DNA from: Cyanophora paradoxa CCMP329
Taxonomy: Eukaryota; Plantae; Glaucophyta
Reading direction: 5' to 3'
Assembly (NCBI GenBank): GCA_004431415.1
Contig: QPMI01000117.1
Coordinates: forward strand, 124,001 to 188,000
DNA: 64,000 bases
Below the pieces are notes generated by a model that was given only the letters and a program-made list of their open reading frames with translations, ran no database searches and was not told where the DNA came from. Positions 36,900-47,975 of the stretch are shown in pieces. The translations under genes and the position numbers were made by a program. Position 1 is the stretch's first letter, and each line of letters begins with the position of its first letter.

Positions 36900-39800
36900 A
36901 ACACACGCACATGCCTACCTTCATGCACGGTGCGCTCGCAGCTACGCAGCGCCCCTTGGTACCAGTCTTTGCCCGCTCAGTTGCATTATCTCGCCCTAGG
37001 CCCTCCGGTCCATTCGGCGCCGCGGCGGCGTGTCCCGCAATCGCGCGCGTGACGTCGACGGCCTCGCGCGCGCGCGTGACGGGGCATGCGCAAGCGCAGG
37101 AGCAGACATGTACATCCACAAGGTTTGCGAGCCATCCCCGGCCCACTGCGCCGCGTCCAACCTCTTCTAGCCTCCTCTTTCGAATTTTATATTTAGCCTC
37201 GAAAACAGCTCGCCTGCAGCTGGCGCCGGCCTGGCGTCGGATGGCCGCGGCCACCGCCTTCAAGGCTTCTGGACCGGAGCCTCGGAGCGCTAGCTCTGCT
37301 TTTCTTCCATTTGAATGGACGCAGCGGTCCTTCAAGTTTGCTCCTTTTCCTGCTCTCTAGATCTCCGGATTCAAGCCATCGCCCCAAATTCGCGAGTGAC
37401 TTTCCCTTCCCCGGACCCCGCAGCGGCGTGCACGAGCACGACCCCTTCCGAGCGCGCGCCGCAGCGGGCCCTTTATAATTACATCATTTGCTTACGTCGA
37501 CGTCTTCGGACGCTTCGCTTGCGCACGCATCGCTCACATGGGCGGCCTCGAGCTCCGGATCCGCTTGCTGCTGATTCGCGATCGGAGCCTGGCCTCGAAA
37601 CTAGCGTCAATTGTGCGCTCAATGTCGTTTGAGCTTTGCACAGTCAATTGTGCGCTCCAAAGGAAAGAAACGCTGCGAATCAAATACGCACGTCGTCGTC
37701 TTCGTCGGCGCTGCGACGATTACGTTTCCGAGACTTCGTACTCGCTGCAGTCTTGAGGAAATCCGCTCTGAAATCGCCATTAGGCTGCGATGTCGATCGT
37801 GAGTGATCATCATGATCGCGAGCAATTGCATAATCATTACGATCAATACTAATTAATAGAATTCGAAGCGCAGACCGAATCATAAATGTAGCCTTGGGCG
37901 TTGGGATCGTAACGTGGAATGCGGCTCCTCCGGAACTCATCCTGCATTCGAGAAATTTCGGATCAGACTCTGCTCATGAGACACTTTCCTTCAAAACAAA
38001 TCGAAGCGCTAGCATTCATCGCGCACAACTCGCTGGCCCGTGTTGCTTGTGCGAGGCTCCGGGGCCGGGTCGGCCGGTTTCGAATTCTTCGAAGCTCGAG
38101 CGCGAGCTCGAGTGGCCGGGGCCTTTCGGGGACGGCCGCGGGGGGCGCCGGTGGCGGAGGAGGATGCCGCGGGCGCGGCCGCTTGCGCGGTCGACGCCGA
38201 CGGCGGACAAAGCCCACCAGAGGGGCGCCCCCTGCGCGATCGGAAGCTAAATTCGAAATTCAAATTCGAATCACGAGGTTCTAGATCTAGCGTCTTAAGA
38301 CGCAAATGCGTTATAACAAGCCGAAATATATATATTAATATTATGATTAAGACGAACTTCTTCATCTCTTGAACCCTTGCGGACTGGCGAGTCTGCTGTT
38401 GGACTGGGGCGCGCGGAGCACGTGATGAACCGCGATCCGTAACCGAAGCTGGAGGATCCTGCGCTGCCGCGGATCCGGAGGCATGGGCGTCCCCTTCGGC
38501 TTCGCTGGCGCCGCGGTCGGCGTCGGCTGTGAATGAGACGCCGGACGAGCGCTCGAGCTCCTCGGTCCGCATCCGCTGGGGATTTCGCGCGATTGTCGCT
38601 GGGGCCGAGGCCGAATTCGAATCTGCACATTCGGTACTTGCGCGTTGCTCGCCTGAATCCCCGAACGCGCCTGTCGACTGTGCGCCTGAATTCAACGGCT
38701 CCCGAGACTCCGACGTCGACTCGACGAAGATTGGCTCAGAATCGGCCCTGGATCCGAATGCACATCCAGAGAAGCCAGGAATTTCTGGCGAGGGGAAGAC
38801 CTCCGAGTCAGAATTGTTTATTATTCTTTCGTGATTGCGGGCGCGCGCGGCAGCTGCTGCGGCGGCCGCGGCCTCATGATCAGAAGGAAAGTTTCGCGCA
38901 CGCGAAATTGGTTTCGAGCTTGAAGAAATTGCGATTGGATTCGCGTTGGCTTCGAGCTCGCCTCTGCCTCGACGATCGAAACTTATTATCAGAGAGGAAC
39001 CGCGCTCGATTTAGAATTCTATGCATAATTAATATTATAATCATGTAGATCGGAGCACCGATGGTCGCGGTCACGATTCTGTGAACCGCCGCCAACTGCG
39101 AAATTCGCGGCCTCGCCGAACGCCGAACCCGGGGACGAGGCGCCGCCTGAGCCTCCCGCGGCCGCGACCGACTGCGAATGCGACGACGATGCATATGGGT
39201 GGAGCGCGGCGTGCGCAGAGTCATCGGAGTTGCCCGCATCGGCCGAATTCGACGACTGTGTACGCGCAATTAATATATAATGCAAGCAAGCCTGTTTTGT
39301 TAAAAACGCTAGCGTGTAAAGGACGAATTGGAAGTGATTCATATATAACTAACGAACCGATCGCGAGGCTTCCTGCTTCGTCTTGCAACTGATCACGATT
39401 TGCTCGCTCGCCAGCCATTGCTCGCGCATCAGCTCGTCCATGTCGACCCCGTTCTCGCCGCCGAGCGCGCTCGCGATCTGAATTCTCTCACTCTCGCCCA
39501 TGGCCGTGCCGTTGTCCACAAAATCCAGAACGTGAGCGTCTTCTGTGCGCCGCAGATCCGCTATTGAGAGCCGGATGGCTTCGCAAAACTCCGGATCCGG
39601 ATCATCCTCCTCGAACTCGCCATCGCGATCCATCTCCTTCGCCCAATCGCCAACTGCAGCTGCAGTCGATGCGCGCAAATGATTATAAACGAATTCGAAG
39701 GTCGTTAGCTCAAGCGAAAGCCGACCTGACGATGAGCTCGCATGCGCATGCACGGGTTCACGCTCATCGTCGGAGATGCATATTGGGAATGAAGCACCGC

Positions 39801-40195
39801 CTTGCGCTCTGCGCCAGATGCATCCTCAGTCGACCCGCGCCTGCGCATATATACGCATGCGCATACGCTACATGTACAGGCGCGGCGTTTTTCGTGGCTG
39901 CAGTGTCTGGGGCTTCTTCTGCGGCGCTGCTGCTCTCAATCGCAACGGGCTCCTCGGCATTCGCATCCGCATTCGAAGCGGCGTTCGCGGCTGCACCTGC
40001 GCGGAATTCGCGAATTTCGGCAAAATTGAACCATCGAAGCTTTGGCGCGCGCATGCGCACCGTGGTCGCTGCCGTCCATATATATTCGATCGCTGCGTTT
40101 TTGAAAGCCACCTGCTCTGCAGATGCCGCGAGGGAGAGGAGATATCTAGATCTAGAGGAGGAGGGAGGTAGAGGGGAAATTGAACTCCGTGGCAT
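36900..40195 (-). pseudogene. Degenerate or rapidly evolving multi-exon gene for a largely disordered protein with an AT-hook
   Basis: Protein-like segments (FEFVYNHLRASTAAAVGDWAKEMDRDGEFEEDDPDPEFCEAIRLSIADL; GAPRGRPRKAP) on one strand. Frames are hard to join and the region is riddled with palindromic micro-insertions. Confidence 0.4.
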
Positions 40196-40800
40196 GGGGG
40201 GCGTCGATCCGGCGCCGCGCGACCGCGAGAGAGAATTTCGAAAGACAGATATCGCAATCAAGAGAGCGAGAGAGAGCTCGAGGCACAAGCTTAAGCTTAA
40301 GAGCTTGATCATGAGCTCGAGAGGGTCCCCCGGCCGCCGGGCCCGTCGGCCCGCAGCGGCATTGATATTATGATCGCGACCAGAGTTCCGTAATTACAGT
40401 AAATTGCGAGACGTCGCTCGGCCGATCGATCAAGCGCCCGCTTCGAATTTAATAAAACCCGCACAGCGCAATGAATGAATTGTTTTTAGGGTCTTTGAAT
40501 TTCCTGCGCAATGAATGCATCGGCGGCGGCATGCATATGCTAAGTCAATCAGCTCAAGTCCTTGCAGGATCATCGATGATAGCCTATAGCTAGTAGTCCC
40601 CAGATCACTTAATATCGATGTCAGTTAGTCATTATTCTTTCTGGTGCGACGCTATTCAAAACAGAGCTCGAGAATTTGTTTCGGAGTTGCATATTTATGA
40701 TTCAATGACGTCGACAAGGATACCAAGCTGAGGATAGCGCTGCGCATGCTGGGATCGATATCGATATACCGACGCCGCGCCGGCGGCGCGTTCGACGCCC

Positions 40801-42430
40801 TCAAAGCTCTAGCTCTAGGGCGGCGGGCAGCGCCGCTATAGCCGCGTAGAACTTGACGAAGGAGGAAAGGTGCGGCTGGAGGTTTGCCGTCACGAGGTCG
40901 ACGTCGACCGCCCGCTGTACCGCCTCCGGCACAGACGCCAGGTCAGCTCCGAGAGCAGGTGAGGTTTTCGCAATAAGATTTTTCATGTGATTCGCGAGGG
41001 CATCGTCGGCCACAGCGGCAAGATCTCGAGGTCGATCGTTAACGTTAGGGCTCAAGCGCTGTGGCGGTGTGAATAATGTGAATTCATTGTTGTGTTTAGC
41101 TTATTGTGGGAGCTGACCGAGAATCGCATGTTGACATGCCAGCGAAGGGTTCCGTGTTTAATGAAAGCACTTGCGACTTGAAGGCAGCCAAAATGACTCT
41201 GGAGAAGGCCCTAAAACCACAGGCACGCCCGATTGCGAGTGTCATTCAACAGCGTATTGGGAACCGAATAAAATGAGATTTACGCGCACTTCACTTACCA
41301 TTTCTATAAGACAGGTCAAAGCCTCTGAAGCGTTCTTTGTCTGGTCATAAGGGAATTCGGTGAATGTTGCTGAATTTCCTCCGGAGTCGAACGCTTTGAA
41401 GCCTCCTGGTTCTAGAGGCAACCAAGATCTAAAAAGCGCATGCGCATGCTCCGCTGTACCGAAAGCAGAAACTAAAGCGAGGCTGTTCGCAGCGTGCTTC
41501 CAGTTGCTGATGCATGTCGGAAGAGCGTTCCAAACGTCTCGCTGAGCTTGCTGCGGAGTCTCGCCCGGCAAGAGCCGCGTGAGTCGACTCTGGAGAATTG
41601 TTTTTACGTGCGGAATGAGCTGCGGGTCGTCGAGCCCGCCTATCACGAGTCGCTTCAGGGGCTCTCCAAAACTCAGGGGAGCCCGGAATTTCTCGATTAC
41701 ATTTGAAAGTCTAGCGGCGGTCTCCGGAAGTGGGCTTGCTGTAAGTTCCGCCGAAATCAGACCCGCGTCTTCGGCCGTCAATCGAAGCCCGCGCATGCGC
41801 AGATGCGAGACGACCTCGGAGATGCCGTCTTCCCATCTGCAGGGGAAAAGGCCCTTAACTTAGTATACGTAACGTTTAGTTGACGCAGAGCTCAGGAGCG
41901 CGGATATCGATCCGGAGAAAATAAGCCTCGAAACAGTGCGAAAATAGAGATTAAGGAAGTGATCAAATAATTTCAAGATCGCACATGTACATGCTAAACA
42001 GCCGAAGCAGCCCGAGCGTCCGCGCCACGCTGGAAAACTCATCGTTGAACCGCCCGAAGTACAGCAATTTGATGAACGCCTCGAACAGCTCCTCAGCACT
42101 CTCCTCATGCAACGGGGCTTCAAGCTCGATGCGCACGGGCGAGCCGAGAGCGAGTTTCGCGGCGGCCGGCCCGCTCCAGCGCTCGGAAAGAAGAGCGTCG
42201 AAATATTTCGCGCGGCGGAGGAGCTCCGAGTCGAAGAAGTATGAGCGGGCGTGAACGATGAGCTCGACGTCGGAATATCGGCAGTTGTTGAAGAAGCGCG
42301 ACTCTGCAAAAATACAGCGCGAGTTTAGAGGCGTCGAATTCAGCCGGGCGCGTGTGGCGCTGTAAGCGTTTCGCGGACCAGCGCTTGTACGAGGGCATTG
42401 CTGAGGAGAGGCGGTCTTCACCGGTACCAT
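40801..42430 (-). CDS. BTB/POZ domain protein, copy A (4 exons)
   Basis: FFNNCRYSDVELIVHARSYFFDSELLRRAKYFDALLSERW..EELFEAFIKLLYFG (BTB). Splices to IWEDGISEVVSHLR, GLLQSHFGCLQVA and RLSPNVND..FVKFYAAIAAL*. Confidence 0.85.
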
Positions 42431-42659
42431 GGGAACACGTTAACCCGCGTGCGCGAAATCTAGATGCGCCGCGCGCGATCGGAATGTCGGAATGTGCAAT
42501 AATAACGTTAACTGCTCCGATCTTCGCGATCGGTATCGTGATCTTCGAGTTTGGTTTTCGAGTTTCAGTCGAAAGCTTCTCGAGCCCCCCCCCCCCCCCC
42601 CCTCCCTTCCCCCCCCTTATCCCCCCCTTATCCCCCCTCCTCCCCTTACCCCCCCCCTC

Positions 42660-42850
42660 CGCCGAGGGCAGGTCAGCGGCCGCCTACCTCCCAGATCAAA
42701 TTGTAGAACTCAGCGGGATTCGAGGGCACCTCGCGGAGTTTGCGGGAGAGGAGGGCCGAGGCGGCGCAGAATTCGAAGACCGTCAGGATGCGCGCCTGCA
42801 CTGCGGCAGGATAAAGGAGCATCGACCGGCCTGCGGGGAGGGGGCGAGGA
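42660..42850 (-). pseudogene. Orphan duplicated fragment (one exon plus intron flanks) of the CXC-HNH gene
   Basis: ARILTVFEFCAASALLSRKLREVPS here versus ARILTVFCAASALLSRKLREVPS at 49065-49134. Flanking intron sequence ccagatcaaattg is also shared with 49031-49043. Confidence 0.85.
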
Positions 42851-43314
42851 GAGCAGGAGGGGAAGCTTTGACGGCAGGGAAGAGAGGGGCGCGGCTCGGG
42901 GTGGGCCAGCTGCAGGGGCGGGTGGAAGGGTTGGAAAGGGGGTGGAAAGGGGGGGGGGGGGGGGGGGGGGGCAGGGGAGGGGAGGGGATGGGGGCCGCTG
43001 AGCTGGCATACGAGAACGAGCCGCTGAGCTCTAGAGGCTCGCAAATTGCCCGGGGTCGACGTCCGCCCGACGGGACGAGATCTAGATCGACGTCCCTTGT
43101 CCAACCGTTGAACGGCTCGACAAGATTGAAGAAGAGAAAGACTCGTCTCGCTTAATTCGGTTGAAAGAGAAAGCTAAAGCGCCTTAAGTCAGCTTGCTTG
43201 ATTCAGTTGAAAGGGGAAGCGCGGCCGGTTAATTTGATCTAGAGGGCACCGGAGACGGACGCGGGGGACGGGATTAATCTATATTCTCGGTGAGAAAGGC
43301 AGTGGAGAGCATTA

Positions 43315-44289
43315 TTGCAAGGGGGGAAGGATTCCCCCTTGCTCCCCGTTCCCTCGCTTCAGCCAAAAGTTTTCTACGAGGCCGTTTGCGAGGGCCAGTA
43401 TGCATATGCAACACCGGAAAAAAATGACGGTTATTCGCGTTCTGATTGGCTCGGTGGACCGGTCAGCCCTCGACTTTCGACCGTCAAAGTCGAGCTCGCG
43501 AGAGCTCCGAAAAGTGGTTTTCTACGGGAAAACCAACTTCTCTCTCGCTCCGGGATCTTCTTTGCGCGGTCGCGAGAGCTCCGAAAAGTACTAGCTAGTG
43601 GTTTTCTAGGGGAAATTAAAACCAACTTCTCTCTCGCTCCGGGCTCTTCTTTGCGCGGTTCTGCATGGAACCACTTCTCCCTAGCGGTCTGCTCTAGATA
43701 TCCGCGTACGCCGTTCGGTGGTTTTCTAGGGGAAAACCAACTAATCTCTCGTTCCGGGCTCTCCCTTGCGCGGTTCTGCATGGAACCACGTCTCCCTAGC
43801 GCTAGCGGTCTCCTCTACATATCCGCGTACGCCGTTCGGTACCCGTGCCGCCTGGACTACTTTTCACTGCATCAAGCTTGCACCGCAGCACCGCCTACCG
43901 AGCACGCGCCGCTGCCCGCAGCCGAGCACGCTTTGCCAAGTTGTGGCACTTGTGGTTGAGCTTGCATCGCAAAACCGCTTGCGCCGCTGCCTAGCTGCGC
44001 CGCTGACTCAGTGATCGCAGTCGATCGCGAGCACGCCCGGCCGTCCAGACCGTGCTCTCTTGCTGCGCTCAGCACGCCGCCGACATCGAGCTTATACCGC
44101 AGAACCGCGTGCGCCGCTGCCCGCAGCCGGGCTCCCTGCGGCCGCCCAGTCGCGCGAGGCGCGGCGCCGAAAGGGGGGGAGCGCGCAACATGCCGCGCGC
44201 ACTGGGCCGGGGTCGATCTGCCGCGCGCATGTGCGTCCCACTACGACTCTACGACTCTTCCGGCGCGAAACTCGCGGCCGGGCCCCTAG
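43315..44289 (+). mobile_element. Non-autonomous Helitron-like element, copy 1
   Basis: 5' A|TTGCAAGGGGGG..CCCCCTTGC hairpin, internal subrepeats (ttgcgcggttctgcatggaaccac), and a 3' GC hairpin followed by CTAG|T. Homologous end to end with 59634-60254. No TSD seen and no Rep/helicase ORF. Confidence 0.7.
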
Positions 44290-44515
44290 TAATTATATAA
44301 TTAGACGTGCCCCTACAGCCGTCCCGGAGAGCGCGTGGCGCGCGCAGACCGTGGCACCAAATGTATCTGCAACTGGAGCTGCTCTATCATTGCACTTATA
44401 TTCACAGAATATAAGCTGATCGAATTACGATCAGATCGAATGCATATATAATTGTGATTGCGGTGAATTACGGAGAAGCAGAAAATGAATCACGATCAGG
44501 AAAAACGTTCTATAG

Positions 44516-46126
44516 CTACTTTTCCGGACACTCATGAATCGGCAGCTGGAGCGGGGACAAGGCCGCGAAAAACTTCACGAAAGACTGTGGGGTCATGTTG
44601 GCTGCGACGAGATCAGCGGCTCTGCGGGCCGCCTCGACGATAGACTTTGCGCCAGTGCCAGTCGGCGGGGCCCGCGCCGTCTCGCGATCGCGAATCGATG
44701 CCACGTAGTCGGCAAGTGCGGAGTCGGCCACAGCAATCAGCTCATTTGTTCGCTGATCGGAAGTGAATTTATGAAAGTTCGAACGTATGAAAGGTCGATG
44801 CAATTTGAAACGATTACCTTCGGGCACCTAGCAAAACTATCATAAGCCGATGTCCCGCACACGATGAATTTATTCGCCACTTGAAGGCAGGCCGCGTCGT
44901 CGTGGAGGAGACCCTGACCATGATCGATGTTTAGATATATAAGTAATTGTATCACCCGATTAAAACGTTTTGAATTCTTAAAAATCACCCGGCCCGATTT
45001 AAAAATTGTGATTTGATATACACGCGCGAGCGCTCACCATCTTGATGAGGACAGAAAGGGCGTCGGACACGTTCTTCGTCTGATCGCGGGGAAATGTCGG
45101 AGGCGTGCACTCTTTTTCAAGCTTAAGGTTGAGCCATGAGCCGAAGAGGAATCGCGCGTGGTATGCCGTGCCGAAAGAGGAAACAAGAGCGAGGCTGCCT
45201 GGCGCGTGGTTCCAGTCGCCGATGAATGTCGGCAGCGCGTCCCACACGTCCTTCTGCGCCTGGTATGGGGTCTCGCCCGGTAGAAGACGTGTCAAGCGGC
45301 CACGAAGGAGAGAAATGACGTGCGGAGTGTAATGCGCGCTCTGAATGCCGCCTGAAACAATGTGCTTCAGCGCGTCGCCCCTTGCGACAGGGCCTTCAAA
45401 TCTATCCATAGCCTCGGAAAGTTTTGCAGCTGTCTCGGGCGGAAACGAAGCGACTTTGAGCTCCGCCTCGAGCATGCTCGCGTCTTCAGTGGACAAACGA
45501 AGCCCACACAGGTGCGAAACGGAAGCGTCGACACCAACGTCCCATCTGCAATAGCAAGCTTTTAGTGCACAAAATGGGAAGGATATGTAAGTTTATTTAT
45601 CTTTATCAGAGTCTAGACACGGATAGGGCAAAGTTCGATGCACATATTGAATTTCATTTAATGCGCACATGTACGCGGTGAACAGCCGAAGCAGCCCAAG
45701 CGACCGCGCCACGCTGGAGAACTCCTCGCCGAACCGCCCGAAGTACAGCAATTTGATGAACGCCTCGAACAGCTCCTCAGCACTCTCCTCATGCAACGGG
45801 GCTTCAAGCTCAATGCGCACGGGCGACCCGAGAGCGAGTTTCGTGGCGGTCGGCCCGCTCCAGCGCTCGGAGAGAAGAGCGTCGAAATATTTCGCGCGGC
45901 GGAGGAGCTCCGAGTCGAAGAAGTACGAGCGACCGTGAACGACTAGCTCGACGTCCGAATGTCGGCGGTTGTTGAAGAAGTGCGATTCTGCGAAATTACA
46001 GCGCGCGTTTAGCCGCGGCCGGGCGTTTAGAGGCGTCGAATTCAGCAGGGCGCGTGCAGCGCTGTAAGCTTCTCGCGGACCAGCGCTTGCAAGAGGGCAT
46101 TCCTGAGGAGAGGCGGTCGCCGACAT
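44516..46126 (-). CDS. BTB/POZ domain protein, copy B
   Basis: BTB exon nearly identical to copy A (SDVELVVHGRSYFFDSELLRRAKYFDALLSERW). Same exon layout with a diverged C-terminus (..FVKFFAALSPL). Confidence 0.85.
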
Positions 46127-46539
46127 TGCAAATGATCACGAACACTATCTCGAGCGGCGAGTGGCGCGATTTGCTTGGTCCAGGTTTCTCGAGTACTAGT
46201 GCCTCCCCATCCCGGGTCCTTCTCGCCCAGCCGTGCCACTTTGCAATTGTTTCGCCCCGGAATCTTCCCTCTATCTCAGAGTCTGGATCCCCCCCGCACA
46301 CGCGCGTCCCTCGCCCTTGCCACTTCGCAATATTAATTGCGTCGTGCCGGAATCCTCCCTCTATCTGGACCCCCATGCCGCAGTGCCACGGTGCGTGTCT
46401 GCAACGTTATAAACTAGGTCTTCGACTCGCCCCCTCCCCCTGCTCGTCTCAGGATGTGCAAGGTGGGGTCTAAACTACAGACTCTAGCTGAAAGACAGCA
46501 TCTGAAGGTATACGTAGCAACTGAACGTTCGCTAGGCGT

Positions 46540-47350
46540 AGGGCTGGGCCGCCCGGCGGCGAGCCGCGCCGCCGCCTGCCGCCCCGCCGCCCCGCCCAGC
46601 GAGCCGCTCCGCCGCCCGCCGCATTCCTGCCCCGGCCGCGAGCCTCGGAGCCGCGCCGCCGCCAGCCGCGCCTCCGCCCTGCCCGGCGAGCCGCGCCGGC
46701 GCCGCCCACGCCTCCGCCCCGTCCCGCGAGCCGCGCCGCCGCCCGCCGCCTCTCCGCCCCGTCCCGCGAGCCGGCCGCCGCCCGCCGCGCTTCCGCCCAA
46801 GCCGGCGAGCCATGCCGTCGCCCGCCGCGCCTCCGCCGCCGCCGGCGAGCCGCGCCGCCGCCCGCCGCCTCTCCGCCCCGTCCCGCGAGCCGCGCCGCCG
46901 CCCGCCGCGCTTCCGCACCTGCCGGCGAGCCATGCCGTCGCCCGCCGCGCCTCCGGTTTCGCCGGCGAGCCGCGCCGCCGCCCGCCGCCTCTCCGCCCCG
47001 TCCCGCGAGCCGCGCCGCCGCCCGCCGCGCGCCTCTCCGCTCCGTTCCGCGAGCCGCGCCGCCGCCCGCCGCGCCTCCGCCGCCGCCGGCGAGCCGCGCC
47101 GCCGCCCGCCGCGCCTCTGGTTTCGCCGGCGAGCCGCGCCGCCGCCCGCCGCCTCTCCGCCCCGTCCCGCGAGCCGCGCCGCCGCCCGCCGCGCCTCCGC
47201 CCCTGCCGGCGAGCCGTGCCGTCGCCCGCCGCGCCTCCGCCTGTTGTCCGCGGCCACGCCGGCGCCCCGCCCTTTGGCGAGCCGCCTCAGGGCCTGCGCA
47301 GCTGCCCGCTGCGCGCCCCCGCCCCATCAAGCGAGCCGCCCAGCCGCCCC
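46540..47350. repeat. ~40-bp extremely GC-rich minisatellite, ~20 units
   Basis: Consensus gagccgcgccgccgcccgccgc(g/c)(c/t)ctccgcccc(gtcc/gccg)cgc repeated in tandem. Confidence 0.9.
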
Positions 47351-47854
47351 CAACGCTGTCCCGCGTCCGGCGAGCTGCCGGCGGGCCGCCTCGCAGCGCC
47401 TCCTGGCCATATGCACGCGCACCGTTTGCAGTTGTGGCCGACTGCAAGGCATCCGTCATGACCGCCCATCGCCCGGCCGCCGGGCGCTGCGGCATATGCA
47501 TCGGCCATGTCAAGCGCGGCGGCCATATCATGCCGCGGAGCGCGCGACGTCGCGCCGCGCCCGAATAGGAGCCTCGGAGCTAGCCTAGTAGTGGGACTTG
47601 TGGGAGCTGCGCATGCATGCGCTGCGATGGTCGCGGCCGGTTCGGGCAGTGACTAGTTGCGGCGGGTTCGACGGGTCGTTGCGGCGACCTATCTAGCTAG
47701 GACAGCCTAGGAGCTAGCTGCGCGGCGACGGTGAGCCGACCTATCTAGCTAGGAGCTAGCGGCCGGCCGCGGGGTACTTCAAAAACATTTCGACGACGGA
47801 AAAAAGACCGACTTGCGAACTGGCCGACTTGGACAGCGTGACAGACAATCCGAC

Positions 47855-47895
47855 GGGTAGCAAGGGGGGTTTGAGCAGCTGACCCCCCCTTGCAA
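47855..47895 (-). mobile_element. Related Helitron-like 5' terminal hairpin (third, diverged element; 3' end uncertain)
   Basis: Minus strand reads A|TTGCAAGGGGGGG tcagctgctcaaa CCCCCCTTGC. Candidate CTAG|T ends lie at 47653 or 46414. Confidence 0.45.
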
Positions 47896-47975
47896 TTAAC
47901 GCGATCGCGCGATTTCTGTGCGAAGCGCTCCCGGGAACGTACGCGCGTTTCCTTTTATTTCGGATCAGCCCTGTC

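Noticed and set aside
43315-43959. 214-aa ORF as a transposase
   Set aside because: It is a translation of internal subrepeats with no HUH, helicase or DDE motifs.
46540-47350. CRISPR-like array (conserved ~30 nt plus variable ~10 nt)
   Set aside because: The variable parts are short and recurrent rather than unique spacers. No cas genes are present and the context is eukaryotic, so this is a minisatellite.
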